Positions 39,328 to 49,534 of a DNA stretch of 64,000 bases are shown piece by piece (position 1 is the stretch's first letter; every line of letters starts with the position of its first letter). Position numbers and translations under genes: made by a program. Below the pieces are notes generated by a model, which did not search any database, was not told the origin of the DNA, and worked only from the letters and a program-made list of their open reading frames with translations. Source of the stretch: a virus; the IMG/VR virus record IMGVR_UViG_3300021963_000102, positions 7,098-71,097 of that record; one strand, 5' to 3'.

Positions 39328-40292
39328 AAGGCAGCTAGTTTCTTAGTTTTCAACTTGCCTTCAAGTGTCAGAAGCATATCCTGATTATCATCGTCAGCAA
39401 GTGTTTTAATTAAATCATCTTCATCCTTGGCCACTTCAAACTCACCCTCGTAAATCTTACCACTAGGTCTAACTCTGTAGACAGAGTGTGTGAGAGCTTG
39501 TTTAACCAAGTCTTTAATATGGAGCAAGTTTTCTTTCATGTCTGCATATCTGTTAAACACTTCCACAGGAGAGAGTCCCTGGTATTTACCAGTTTTGAAC
39601 TCTGTCTGTTTTAGCAGGTTATCCACCTGGTTGTACACAGCTTCTTCTGTAGTGTTATCAGTAACAGGGAGTCCCAACAAACGAGCCACTTTCTTTTTCT
39701 TCTCAGGAGTCATACTATCAAACTTGACAATAGCCTTGTTGATAAGTTGTTTCTTCTTGAATAGAACAGCATTTTCAATTTCATCATCAGCTACGTAAAA
39801 CTGAACATCAGCAGGAAATTCACCACGCTCCCAAGCTTGATAAGAGCTTGCAATTGTAGGATGAACACGTAACCAAGCAAATGCTAATTCCTGGAAGGGA
39901 ATACCTAAGTCAAAGAAGTTGTCACCATCCAGCAGTTTTACAGGCTGAACATGTAGAGTGTCTTGATTAGATGTTGATAGGCCATAGTTCCAGAATGTAG
40001 AACGAGGACCTAAATCAATGTCTCCAAGATCTCTTTCAAGCTTTTGTTTTAAAGCTGTGACACGCTCAACTTCCATTTCTCTTTCTAGAGGATCTTGTAT
40101 ACGTCTAATGTAAGCAGCATCAGGATCAATTCCTGTTCTGTATTTACCATCTAGCTCTTTGTAGGGATATTTAAACACCCCTGTTCCAGGAATACGTGTA
40201 AATCCTCTTAATGCAAGACCACCTTGCATAGTTTGGAGTTGAGAGTTGTTATACTCTTTCTTGATTGTTGAGATTTTTCCAATCTTGCCCAT
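39324..40292 (-). CDS. Conserved crAss-like protein directly downstream of the MCP
   Basis: Likely start MGKIGKIS at 40292 (322 aa); YRTGID, STFW, WLRVHPTIASS and FYVAD motifs. Confidence 0.65.
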   Translation of the reverse strand: MGKIGKISTIKKEYNNSQLQTMQGGLALRGFTRIPGTGVFKYPYKELDGKYRTGIDPDAAYIRRIQDPLEREMEVERVTALKQKLERDLGDIDLGPRSTFWNYGLSTSNQDTLHVQPVKLLDGDNFFDLGIPFQELAFAWLRVHPTIASSYQAWERGEFPADVQFYVADDEIENAVLFKKKQLINKAIVKFDSMTPEKKKKVARLLGLPVTDNTTEEAVYNQVDNLLKQTEFKTGKYQGLSPVEVFNRYADMKENLLHIKDLVKQALTHSVYRVRPSGKIYEGEFEVAKDEDDLIKTLADDDNQDMLLTLEGKLKTKKLAAL

Positions 40293-40317
40293 ATGTAGTT
40301 TATTTATTTGGTTTATT

Positions 40318-40460
40318 TGCAGAGTGATTCCCACTGAAGGGAACAGCGATTGGGAGATGCCCCAGTCCAATCACTCTGTAGTTTGAGAAGAGCTCCCCCA
40401 CTCTGAAGTGTGGGGGGCAATCTCTCCTCGGTGTATATTGCACACAGGGTGTGCGGTTTC
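40318..40460 (-). other. Structured intergenic RNA element after the MCP gene
   Basis: GC-rich multi-hairpin region: CAGAGTGATT/AATCACTCTG enclosing two hairpins, plus CCCCCCAC/GTGGGGG. Confidence 0.55.
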
Positions 40461-42014
40461 TTAGAATTGTGGGATTTCTTCAATCAACACTGTACGAGAC
40501 AGGTCTTCAATGAATACATCACAACGATCCTTCATCCATAATTCGTATCCTGGGAATTTGTTCGCAGAGCTCATACCCTGAGACTTAGCAAAGCCTAGGT
40601 GATGACGAGTTCCATCAATATATCCCCAAGTCATAGAAGGAGCACCCTTCATACGCACCTCACGGATGTTATTAATCAAGGAACCATCAGACATAGGAGA
40701 TACATCAAACACCATGAATACAGGTGTGCTCTTCTTGTTCTGTCCAAATTCTAGGTTAGATTGAGGAAGGTCTAATTCTTTTAAGTGAATTAGTTCAACA
40801 CGACCAGTTTCACGTGTAACCATTGCATCGAATGCAAAGTTGTAAGTGATGTGTTGTCCTTCTCCTTGCATGTAACGGTTTCCGCTATCAGCCATGAATG
40901 TCAAACCACTGTTCAAAGCGTCTGTCTTCAAAGCTTGTTGGAACACGTCAAATCCAGCCTCATTAGTATACATTTTAACACGACGGTCTTTAACATCCAC
41001 ACGACGATAGAACAGGTCACCAAACACTGAACGAATCAGGTTAGCAGAGAATTCACCACGGTTGTATTGAACCAGGTTACCGTTGTTACGCATGCGGTGG
41101 TAAACACCAGCAGATGTACGCTTAAGTTCTTGCTTGCTACCGTTTGTTTTAACAGTACCAGGACGAGACCAAATCATACGCTTAACTTTTAACTCAAGCA
41201 TAGACTTACGCATCCAGAACTCAATAAATGGCTCCCATTTAACATCATTACGAGTTAAAGGAAGTTGATTACGACGCTGAGGTGCATACACTAGAATGTC
41301 CAAAGGACGTCCAGCGCTATCACGCATCATTTTGTCATCAGCCCACTCAGTGATTTTGTGCTCAAAACCATATGCAGAACCTAAAGATTCAAACATAGTG
41401 ATTTGCTCTCCCAAACGAGGAAGACCTAATAAATCCTGATCGAATTCACCGATTGCAGCATCCACTAGCTCAAGCTCAATACCATACTGAAGGAATGTAG
41501 AGCTAACAAAATCCACTGTAGGATTGTCGCTCACAAGTGTGAAACTGTACAAGAATCCTGCGTTCCAAGGAACGGGATCTTTAATCACATAGAAACGAGG
41601 ACCATACTGACGAGAACCTACAGACACAATAGCGTTCTTAGAGAACTCGTTTGTGTCAAGGATCAGTTGGAACTCTTGACCATCAATACCAGGCTTGCTC
41701 AGCTCAGCTGTGCTAGTTGGAACATCAATGATTTTAGGGAATTTGTAGGGAACAGCCACTTGCCATTTCCAAGCATCGCTATTATTATCAATGTAATAAG
41801 GCGTGCTTTTGTTGATCATGTCTAGAAAGTCGTTGCTGTAAAGAGAGCTCTGTGTATAGAGACTGATGATTTTCTTGTCATAATCAGCAGGCTCTGTAGA
41901 GTGAAAGCTCTCCAGGTGGTTAGCGTCAGTTAGCTTACCCACAGCACGCTTGTCCATAGATGCGACACGAGCATACGTGAAGCCAGTTAAACCTGGGATT
42001 GTTTGAATTGCCAT
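40461..42014 (-). CDS. Major capsid protein (crAss-type HK97 fold)
   Basis: 517 aa in the order terminase-portal-scaffold-MCP; WKWQV and VKMYTNEAG motifs. Confidence 0.85.
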   Translation of the reverse strand: MAIQTIPGLTGFTYARVASMDKRAVGKLTDANHLESFHSTEPADYDKKIISLYTQSSLYSNDFLDMINKSTPYYIDNNSDAWKWQVAVPYKFPKIIDVPTSTAELSKPGIDGQEFQLILDTNEFSKNAIVSVGSRQYGPRFYVIKDPVPWNAGFLYSFTLVSDNPTVDFVSSTFLQYGIELELVDAAIGEFDQDLLGLPRLGEQITMFESLGSAYGFEHKITEWADDKMMRDSAGRPLDILVYAPQRRNQLPLTRNDVKWEPFIEFWMRKSMLELKVKRMIWSRPGTVKTNGSKQELKRTSAGVYHRMRNNGNLVQYNRGEFSANLIRSVFGDLFYRRVDVKDRRVKMYTNEAGFDVFQQALKTDALNSGLTFMADSGNRYMQGEGQHITYNFAFDAMVTRETGRVELIHLKELDLPQSNLEFGQNKKSTPVFMVFDVSPMSDGSLINNIREVRMKGAPSMTWGYIDGTRHHLGFAKSQGMSSANKFPGYELWMKDRCDVFIEDLSRTVLIEEIPQF

Positions 42015-42040
42015 TTTGTTATCCTTTTATTTTATGAAAT

Positions 42041-43318
42041 TTAAATGAACCATGAATTTGTTTTAGGCTGTTGAGCAGGAGAGCTCTTAGCCTTAGTCAC
42101 TTGTCTGGCTACTTCCCCAAACAGTTCGTTAGATTTCTTTGTAACGCCTGTCTTTTGGATGGTGGATAGAGTGGGATCTTTCTCCAATATCTTGAGGAGG
42201 AGAGCAACCTTCACTTTAGTTGCATGGTTCTCAGGTCTCTTCAATTCCAGGATGGTACGATCAAAGTCTGTGAGAGTTTCACCAGACGTTGTTTTGTACT
42301 TATCCACCAGTAGGAAGTCTTGTAGTTCACCAGCTAGTTTAGGATTGATGGGTATACCGTCAAACTCTTTAGATTTCAGCTTGTCTTGTAGCACTTGCTG
42401 AACATTGCTAATGTATTGATTTTTAATGGCTTGTTTTTGTTGAAGCTCCTGTTCAGCTTTTTGCTCCATCTGAGCTAGTTTCTGTGCTTCTTTCTTCACC
42501 AACACCTTGTGGTGTTTTGTAGCCACTGATTCTAAATCACCATAGTTTTTGAGCCTTTCCACTTCTGTATTAACATCCTCTGGCTCAAATCCTTGGTCAG
42601 TGAGTGCTTGTTTTATCACTGCCACTTGATTATTCTCTTGTGACAGGTCCATTTCAGCAAAGCCTATTACATTATTATATGTACCAAAATATTCTTTTGG
42701 ATTAACACCTTTTACGAATATAGCATCAAACGCTTGTTGATAATCTTCACCAAACTGACCAATGAAGCTATTCACCATCTCAATTGCTCCCTTTTTCTTT
42801 TCGTTGTTAAAACGATCTAGAAATTCTTCAGGAGTGGAGATGTTTACATCTTCTTCTTCTTCTTCTTTAGAGAATACACCTAATTTGAATAGGTCTTTTG
42901 CTAGAGCACCAAATTGTGTAGAGTCTTCTTCTGCTGGTTGTTCTTCATCAGCAGGAGTTTCTTCTTGTTTCAGCTCTCCAGCTTTTGGAGCTTTAGAAGT
43001 GGTTTTCTTTGGTGCAACTTCCTGATTGTCAGCATCTTGCTCTTCTTCATCTGTAGCATCTAATAAGAAGTTCTTCAGAGTGTCTTGAGCATCTGCTTCA
43101 GAAGCAGGAGCAGAAATTTCTTTTCCTTTTGGACCAGAAGCTTCAGCAGGTTTAGGAGGCTCAGCCTCTTTAACAATCTCCTTAAGCTCATCTGGGTTTC
43201 CACTAGCAGTTTCAGGAGCCACCAAGTCATTAAGTAGTTCAGCACTACCAAGGCCCATTTCCATGGTGTCTTGTATGCTAAAATTACCAAAGGATTGCAT
43301 ATCAACGTTCTCAGCCAT
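42041..43318 (-). CDS. Acidic scaffold-like protein upstream of the MCP
   Basis: 425 aa; acidic disordered N-terminal half and Gln-rich coiled coil. Confidence 0.65.
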   Translation of the reverse strand: MAENVDMQSFGNFSIQDTMEMGLGSAELLNDLVAPETASGNPDELKEIVKEAEPPKPAEASGPKGKEISAPASEADAQDTLKNFLLDATDEEEQDADNQEVAPKKTTSKAPKAGELKQEETPADEEQPAEEDSTQFGALAKDLFKLGVFSKEEEEEDVNISTPEEFLDRFNNEKKKGAIEMVNSFIGQFGEDYQQAFDAIFVKGVNPKEYFGTYNNVIGFAEMDLSQENNQVAVIKQALTDQGFEPEDVNTEVERLKNYGDLESVATKHHKVLVKKEAQKLAQMEQKAEQELQQKQAIKNQYISNVQQVLQDKLKSKEFDGIPINPKLAGELQDFLLVDKYKTTSGETLTDFDRTILELKRPENHATKVKVALLLKILEKDPTLSTIQKTGVTKKSNELFGEVARQVTKAKSSPAQQPKTNSWFI

Positions 43319-43349
43319 ATGTAGTTGTTTTTGATTGGTTTATGAAGTG

Positions 43350-43380
43350 TAAAAATATATAAAGCCTATTGAATAACAAA
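43350..43380 (-). promoter_or_regulatory. Bacteroidetes-type promoter for the capsid operon (-33 TTTG, -7 TATTTTTA)
   Basis: One mismatch to TAnnTTTG, 19-nt spacer, 31 nt upstream of the ATG at 43318. Confidence 0.55.
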
Positions 43381-43447
43381 GAGTTATGTAGCTATAGTGG
43401 GCTTTTTTGCAGATAATATAGCATTAATATAATTTACTCTAACTAAT

Positions 43448-43702
43448 TTACTTTAACTCCACCCATCTAAATCCCATTTGCCACAGGAATCTAGCTGTTT
43501 TACTAGATTCATTTCTAATCTTTGTTTCACTCCAGTCTGGGTGCTTGAGATGGAAATGCTCATGAAGGAGGTAGAGAAGATATCTATATCCCTTCAAAGA
43601 AGGGTCAATACTTATCTTATTCTCATTCATCCAGGCAATTCCCCAAGCACGTTCCTTACCAAGCTTACGGTGTTCAACTTTGTGTGGGTTGGTTATTTCC
43701 AT
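43448..43702 (-). CDS. Minimal zincin-like metallopeptidase
   Basis: Likely start MEITNPH at 43702 (84 aa); AWGIA...ISIDPSL...LLHEHFHLKHPDWSE. Confidence 0.7.
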   Translation of the reverse strand: MEITNPHKVEHRKLGKERAWGIAWMNENKISIDPSLKGYRYLLYLLHEHFHLKHPDWSETKIRNESSKTARFLWQMGFRWVELK

Positions 43703-43916
43703 ATTTATTTGCTTCAAAGATTTCGCTCAAGGCTTGATGGGTTATAAGAAGGGACATCTTCTTTATTCGTTCTATCATCTCAGCTTCTTCTTCACTCAGT
43801 AGAAGCGTGTCTATTTCCTCAATCACACCCATAGCCTGTATGCAGGCTGTGATGTCTTCATGAGGAGTGGGATCAAATGGGAAGGTTTCATCTATTAACT
43901 CATCTTTATCCATCAC
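43674..43916 (-). CDS. Hypothetical acidic protein
   Basis: 80-aa ORF overlapping the portal stop. Confidence 0.6.
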   Translation of the reverse strand: MMDKDELIDETFPFDPTPHEDITACIQAMGVIEEIDTLLLSEEEAEMIERIKKMSLLITHQALSEIFEANKYGNNQPTQS

Positions 43917-46501
43917 TCTTTAGGTTTTTTCTTAGCTCTTCCTTTTGCGTTCTCTTTTGCTATAGCTAAATCATTCTTCTGGTTTTCTCTAGCCACCTGA
44001 AGTTTTTCTCTTTCAACAGCTAGTTTCTCAGCAGCCAGTCTATTCTTGCTGCTTATATCAGCCATCTTTGCTTCAAAATCTTTAGAAGCTTTAGATTGTT
44101 CTGTAGCTAACTTGCTGATTTCCAGTACATCAGGTGTGCCACTAGCATCAACATCAGATAGAGGACCAGCTTTAGATTCAGCAGCTATTAGAGCAATCTC
44201 TTTCTTATTGATTCTATCAAGCTCGTTTTGGTAGTTTTCATTAGCAATGTCTTGCTCCTTAATAGCTTGAGCTTGTTGCATTTGAGCCTGAGCAATCTGA
44301 GCTTGCTGTTCAATTTGCTGTTGTTGCTGTTGCATTTGCTGTTGTTGTATAGCATCTTGCTTATCACGCAGCTCTTTGAACACCTTCTTCATAGCCCTCA
44401 TAGACTTGGTGCTGTAGAGCTCAATCACGTCATATAAGCTTCCACCATTTTGAATAAGTGGCTGAGCAAGTTGACGAAGCTCATTAAACATCTGTGTATC
44501 CTCAGGACGGTTGGTAAGGAACACCTTCAAATCTCTAAACTTGAGATCAGAACCATTCACTGTAACAAATGCAGACTCACCCTCGTTTGTAATATAGCTG
44601 AGAGTGGACTGAGGCTTCTTAGATTCTACATATAGAGCAGCATCAATAATAGCTTGATAGAGCTGTCCTAAAACATATTCGTGTGCAACAAACAGAGGTT
44701 CTGTTTGAGAATAAGACTGTTGTATAGCAGCTTGTGTACCTGTAGCAGATTCACTAGCTGTTACAGAACCAAGGCGCTGTCTACTCATACCAACAAGCTC
44801 CCAACACTCGTTCTTCAGTTGCATAGCAAGTGTATAACGAGATTGGATTTCTTGTGTACGTGTAAGGTCAATATCTCTAAACTGATTGAATGAGCTTGGG
44901 CTCTTTAGGTTCTCAGGACTATCATCAATGAATACAACACCTCTGTTGCGTGCTTCCATTTCCCATACATCTAATGCATCTTGGGCATCACCATCCTTTG
45001 GAACAGGAATATGACGAATGGATGTTAAATACACCTTACCCACTTCCTTCTCAAGAAGTTTGTAAAGCTGATTCATACATACATTATATAGCACCTGGAA
45101 AGGCTTCATCAAATCCACCAGAGATTTAGCCTCTGTGTTCTTCACCTCAAAGGTGGTGCCTATGATGGGACAATAGTTGAGGAGTTTGTAGGGTTTTATG
45201 TGATAGATGTCTGGACCAATCTTAATTCCTTGATACCACTGATTCACCCATCCCCATTCTAAAGATTGTTCTGTAGGAATAGTACCACTCTTGTAATTCT
45301 CATCTACAAGAATAGACTGTTCATTTCCCATCTCATCTATGTAGATAAGTTTACCAATCTTCTTCTTACTTATCCAATAACAACGAACAACAACATATTT
45401 ATATCCAAAACTACTAACGTTTGACGTTAGCCCTAAGAAGTCTTTTAATCCATCGTTGTTCTCCTTCATTTCTGATTCAATAATCATACGTGTCTGAAGA
45501 ACCAAAGGATCATATGTGTCATACATTACAGAGTCTATACCAGGAATAGCATTTGGATTACCTAGATTGGACTCACGTACATTAATCAGTCCATAGTCTT
45601 GTAGAGAGCTTCTGAGATGATCTATTTCTTCCTTTGTAAGATCAGGAATACTCTCAATGATTTCTGAAAGCTCCATCACCTGCACTGTACCAGCAGCATA
45701 AGCTCCTTGTGCTCTACCTGTAGGATCACTAATCCACTTTCTATCAGGTGTGGTGAGAAACCATGTATTCTTTGGGTTAGCCACCTCAATGTTAAATCCA
45801 AGCTTAGAGTTGTCTTCATATATATGATAGAACTGACGTGCTGAAATAAGAAGGTCACGAAATGCATCTTCTGATTTCTCCTTCAAATTAAATTCAGCCT
45901 TCTGACATGTAAGCACATGGTTAGCCCATTTCTCAGCAACAGATGTGTAACTATCAAGGACATCTTTCACATCCTCCATGGTCATTTGATTCACCTCCTC
46001 ATCACCTATCTCTTCTCCATTTAGTGCTGCTTGTTGTAATATCTTTTGTCTAGCTTGAGAAATAACGTATTGCTGGAGAATGCCAGTTTTAAATTCTAGT
46101 TCTTCAGATTGACTATCATCATCAAATGCTTTAACACGGAAGGTGTCTGGACGCTTAGATATTTCACCCACTAATTCGTTCACAGGTGTGGTGATGATGG
46201 AATACATCTTTACATATGCAGGAAGCTGTAAATCAGCTGTCATTACATCTGTAAAACTTCTCACCTGTGGTTCTTGATAGAAGTCTTCCATTCTTAGGAT
46301 GCCCTTCATCAAGTCATAGTTTTTGACAAATGTGTCACGGTTCTTTACATACTCAGCATATGCCTTGTTTGCAAAGTAGTCCATGGTGTTTTTTATCCAG
46401 CTCTCATCTTGCTTCTCCTTATCAGTTTTAAACTGGTCAGGGAATATATTCAAATAAGCATACCTGATGGTAGCATCTTTCGTATATCTAATTATGGCCA
46501 T
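43913..46501 (-). CDS. Portal protein
   Basis: 862 aa after the terminase; KEKQDESW...NYDLMKG...IITTPVNELVGE...IKIGPDIY...IDLT; Gln-rich C-terminal coiled coil. Confidence 0.9.
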   Translation of the reverse strand: MAIIRYTKDATIRYAYLNIFPDQFKTDKEKQDESWIKNTMDYFANKAYAEYVKNRDTFVKNYDLMKGILRMEDFYQEPQVRSFTDVMTADLQLPAYVKMYSIITTPVNELVGEISKRPDTFRVKAFDDDSQSEELEFKTGILQQYVISQARQKILQQAALNGEEIGDEEVNQMTMEDVKDVLDSYTSVAEKWANHVLTCQKAEFNLKEKSEDAFRDLLISARQFYHIYEDNSKLGFNIEVANPKNTWFLTTPDRKWISDPTGRAQGAYAAGTVQVMELSEIIESIPDLTKEEIDHLRSSLQDYGLINVRESNLGNPNAIPGIDSVMYDTYDPLVLQTRMIIESEMKENNDGLKDFLGLTSNVSSFGYKYVVVRCYWISKKKIGKLIYIDEMGNEQSILVDENYKSGTIPTEQSLEWGWVNQWYQGIKIGPDIYHIKPYKLLNYCPIIGTTFEVKNTEAKSLVDLMKPFQVLYNVCMNQLYKLLEKEVGKVYLTSIRHIPVPKDGDAQDALDVWEMEARNRGVVFIDDSPENLKSPSSFNQFRDIDLTRTQEIQSRYTLAMQLKNECWELVGMSRQRLGSVTASESATGTQAAIQQSYSQTEPLFVAHEYVLGQLYQAIIDAALYVESKKPQSTLSYITNEGESAFVTVNGSDLKFRDLKVFLTNRPEDTQMFNELRQLAQPLIQNGGSLYDVIELYSTKSMRAMKKVFKELRDKQDAIQQQQMQQQQQQIEQQAQIAQAQMQQAQAIKEQDIANENYQNELDRINKKEIALIAAESKAGPLSDVDASGTPDVLEISKLATEQSKASKDFEAKMADISSKNRLAAEKLAVEREKLQVARENQKNDLAIAKENAKGRAKKKPKE

Positions 46502-48525
46502 TATATAAACAATTTACTTTTCTTTCTTTGGAATATCCCTCTGGATTCTGTAAATAACTGATTCTTTCTATTAGGTTTGAAAAGTGCTTTCACTCTATCA
46601 TCTCCTGTTCCTCCCACCTTTCCTAAAATGGGATTCATCTTTAACGCCTGTGCTATAGCTAGTTCTGCAGCAATAATACGGTCAAAGTTACCCTGATCGT
46701 TGTATTGAATTATTTCTTCTAATAACATGGGATCAAATATCTTTGACACCCCTCTAAATTCTTTTGTAACATTTCCATCTGTGTCTGTCTCTCTGTGAAT
46801 CACCTCTTCCATATATTTCTTTAGACAGTTGTGCAAATAGTCCCTGATTTTATCAGAGCTTCTATGCACTCCATACTCACGTCTCACGGTAGTACCAGGC
46901 ACTATCTCCTTTAACCAATCAGGTTGCTTTTCAAGATAGTGTGCATCTCCTTTTGCTTTCATATATTCTATAAAGGAGATGTCATCATTTTCACAAAGCG
47001 TTCTAGCATTGTAAAACTTGATGAGCATTCTAGCCTGTTCTTCCCATGTTTCCTTCTTATCAGGACGTGCACAATAAGAAGCTACAAACATATCTTGATA
47101 TTTCTCACTAGTGATGTCGTGCATACGTTTGTAAATATACACAGATCCTAGAGAAGTGGAATAGGCAGCTTGTCCTTGTCTATAAGGGTCAACACCTGCT
47201 ACATAAAGCCCATATGGAGGGTTTTCCATGGGAAACTCATATATGACAACAGGGGCTTCCTTTAAATCACTGTTCTTTAGAGGGAAGTTGGTGATGGGTT
47301 GTTTATCTGTAAACTCATGTCTTACACCATCTTCATCTTGAAACAGTATAACGGGAGTGCCTGTTCTTTCCTGCTGAAGAAGTCTAAACTTCTGACGCTT
47401 AGCTGCCTCTATATCAAATATGTTTGTGTCCTCATTTAAGAAGATGTCATCCACCTCAATTGGGTAGTACATCTTCTCTTTTAGATAGGCCACCCTATCT
47501 CCTGCTTTCTTTAGACGCTCTAGGTTGGTTTCTGTTATCTGTTTTGCTTTCTCTTCATTAGAGACAAGCATAGGAACATCATGTAAACTACTACTTGTAG
47601 GTTGGTCTAGAAAAGCTCCTAATGTGCTTTCTTCCTTAGCTTCCATCCTATACTTATAGGAAATGAAAAGCCCATGCACTCTTCTATCATCTTTCTCATT
47701 ATTGTATGTGAGAAAGTTGAAATTGTCTACATCAAACATGAGGGTTTTAGCGTCCATGAAACGCTTCATATCACCACCTGTACCAGTGAGAATAGGAGAG
47801 CACCCCCATCCATATGGTGTGGTGAAACCAGGCACAGCTGCCTGAAAACCTCTAAGGAAATTGCCCTTACCAATCTCATCAATAATCAGTTTACGAGGCT
47901 TTGTACCAGCAATAGCCTCTTCATTATTACCTTCATCCAGGTTACGAATGAGGATTTGGGAGAAGGGTATGCGTTCTCCTCCCTTGGTTTTAATACCCAG
48001 TGTCACTTGGTTTTTCCAGTTGTCTTCCACTCTTTGCCACCTCCAAGCTTCTGGTAAAAAGTTGAGGCCTTTGTCCAGCTTATCTGTGATCAGCTTGATA
48101 TCTGGAGCATTCAACCCAGCGATCACATTCTGGGAATTCTCATCAAATGTTGCGCCCCATCCGATATAACTGGCCTCAATGACAGACTTAGCAAAACGTC
48201 TGATGCCCAGTATCACTAGGCCTCTTTTATCTTGCTGAGCTCTGTCTATTTCGTTTGTCACCACCCACTCATTATCACGTAATAAGGGGTTGGCATATTT
48301 TTGATAGATTCTTCCACGCTCATCTATTACATCCACTTCTGTGTGCCAGATGTTTAGATGCCAATAAAGGAATGGATTAATATACACCCCGTTCATTAAG
48401 CATCCGTTGAGACATATCTCTCTATGGAAGTCAAAGAATGGCTTATACTCTGCAGATTCTCTATCTGGCAGACGCCCCTGATTAATAAACCAGTCTTTGT
48501 AGTCTATACTTATAAGCTCACTCAT
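46501..48525 (-). CDS. terL: Terminase large subunit
   Basis: 674 aa; Walker A-like GIRRFAKS, Walker B LIIDEIG, motif III TGTGG, nuclease AGVDPY, CEND and NFDRI. Confidence 0.92.
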   Translation of the reverse strand: MSELISIDYKDWFINQGRLPDRESAEYKPFFDFHREICLNGCLMNGVYINPFLYWHLNIWHTEVDVIDERGRIYQKYANPLLRDNEWVVTNEIDRAQQDKRGLVILGIRRFAKSVIEASYIGWGATFDENSQNVIAGLNAPDIKLITDKLDKGLNFLPEAWRWQRVEDNWKNQVTLGIKTKGGERIPFSQILIRNLDEGNNEEAIAGTKPRKLIIDEIGKGNFLRGFQAAVPGFTTPYGWGCSPILTGTGGDMKRFMDAKTLMFDVDNFNFLTYNNEKDDRRVHGLFISYKYRMEAKEESTLGAFLDQPTSSSLHDVPMLVSNEEKAKQITETNLERLKKAGDRVAYLKEKMYYPIEVDDIFLNEDTNIFDIEAAKRQKFRLLQQERTGTPVILFQDEDGVRHEFTDKQPITNFPLKNSDLKEAPVVIYEFPMENPPYGLYVAGVDPYRQGQAAYSTSLGSVYIYKRMHDITSEKYQDMFVASYCARPDKKETWEEQARMLIKFYNARTLCENDDISFIEYMKAKGDAHYLEKQPDWLKEIVPGTTVRREYGVHRSSDKIRDYLHNCLKKYMEEVIHRETDTDGNVTKEFRGVSKIFDPMLLEEIIQYNDQGNFDRIIAAELAIAQALKMNPILGKVGGTGDDRVKALFKPNRKNQLFTESRGIFQRKKSKLFI

Positions 48526-48857
48526 TATCTCCTGCTTCTCAGGAAGTCTTCAGCCATAGAACTTAGCTCCCCATTTCCTCTCACTTCCACCTTAGCTTCT
48601 TCTTTCTCACGCAGCTTTTCCACCACCTCAAGAAGGGCTAAATAGTTCTTCATGGTTTCCTGAATAAACTTACCCTGAGCCTCAATAGAAGCAATCACCA
48701 TAGGTATCATGCCTCCTTTGGACGTAGGTTTCCATTCTACACGGTCTTTTAATTCATGTAGGGGATTGGCATCCACGTATGATTTCCAGCTTCTCAGCTG
48801 TTGCTCAGCCCAATCAAGCTCAGCATTTACGTATGTAGTTTTAGAAATCTTCGCCAT
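48525..48857 (-). CDS. Hypothetical protein (terminase small subunit candidate)
   Basis: 110 aa, helical, overlapping the terL start; the candidate role rests on position only. Confidence 0.5.
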   Translation of the reverse strand: MAKISKTTYVNAELDWAEQQLRSWKSYVDANPLHELKDRVEWKPTSKGGMIPMVIASIEAQGKFIQETMKNYLALLEVVEKLREKEEAKVEVRGNGELSSMAEDFLRSRR

Positions 48858-49122
48858 CTTCTTCTTTTAAAATGTCATCTAGGTTCATTCCATCCTTAAT
48901 GATTTTATCTATTTCATCATCATCTGTGTGTGGAATGTCCATTTCAAGCTGAGCTTTGTATTTCTCTAGTGCAAATAAAAGCTCTCTATCTGTTATTCCC
49001 CATACATCCCCATATTCATCCAGGGCTGTTGCTAAATGCTTTCCCATGTTATATTCTGGGTAGGCGCTATGTAAGGCTTGCAAAACGTGCAACACCTGGG
49101 AATAATAATTTGCTTTTCTCAT
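48841..49122 (-). CDS. Hypothetical protein
   Basis: 93 aa with acidic C-terminus, tightly packed. Confidence 0.65.
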   Translation of the reverse strand: MRKANYYSQVLHVLQALHSAYPEYNMGKHLATALDEYGDVWGITDRELLFALEKYKAQLEMDIPHTDDDEIDKIIKDGMNLDDILKEEDGEDF

Positions 49123-49133
49123 AAGCCTTTGTT

Positions 49134-49313
49134 TTACAGAACAATACCTGTGCTAGCTGCTGTAAATTTAGCTAAGCTGGGCTTAATAACGGAGCTTAGG
49201 AGTTTTTCTATTTCTTCATTAGCCAGGGTTTTCACTTCTTGGCTTACATCAGGGGTGGCAATTAAAGCAGCTAGCTTTTCAATTACAATCCACGCTTCCA
49301 CTACAGGGTTCAT
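49134..49313 (-). CDS. 59-aa hypothetical protein (below the ORF-track cutoff)
   Basis: MNPVVEAWIVIEKLAALIATPDVSQEVK...; ATGA overlap with the upstream stop; fills the gap. Confidence 0.65.
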   Translation of the reverse strand: MNPVVEAWIVIEKLAALIATPDVSQEVKTLANEEIEKLLSSVIKPSLAKFTAASTGIVL

Positions 49314-49534
49314 ATTAGTTGGTTTAAATCTTCATCTGTTATTGAATCATCGTCTTCCTCATCTTCAGGAGCAAAATACTCCTTGTTAATAGCTATGCCT
49401 ATTGAGTCTTGCTCTACACCAGGCACACCAATTATATCTACATAGTCTGCACCACGTTCATATACATCTCTAAGGGCTTCCAAAAGCACCAATAGGGGTA
49501 TTTTCTTAAGCCTGATTTCATTACTCTTCTCCAT
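49310..49534 (-). CDS. Hypothetical protein
   Basis: 74 aa, acidic C-terminus, overlapping both neighbours. Confidence 0.6.
   Translation of the reverse strand: MEKSNEIRLKKIPLLVLLEALRDVYERGADYVDIIGVPGVEQDSIGIAINKEYFAPEDEEDDDSITDEDLNQLI

Noticed and set aside
40293-40370. N-terminal extensions of ORF-track calls (also at 25504, 36693, 50548, 52060, 54552, 61335)
   Set aside because: They overlap RNA structures, promoters or neighbouring genes; downstream ATGs with A-rich leaders fit better.
40318-40430. Hammerhead ribozyme suggested by the CTGAAG copies
   Set aside because: No CUGANGA plus GAAA core in the required stem arrangement on either strand.
46501-48525. Intein or intron in terL
   Set aside because: Normal length with contiguous motifs and no intein splice-junction signatures.
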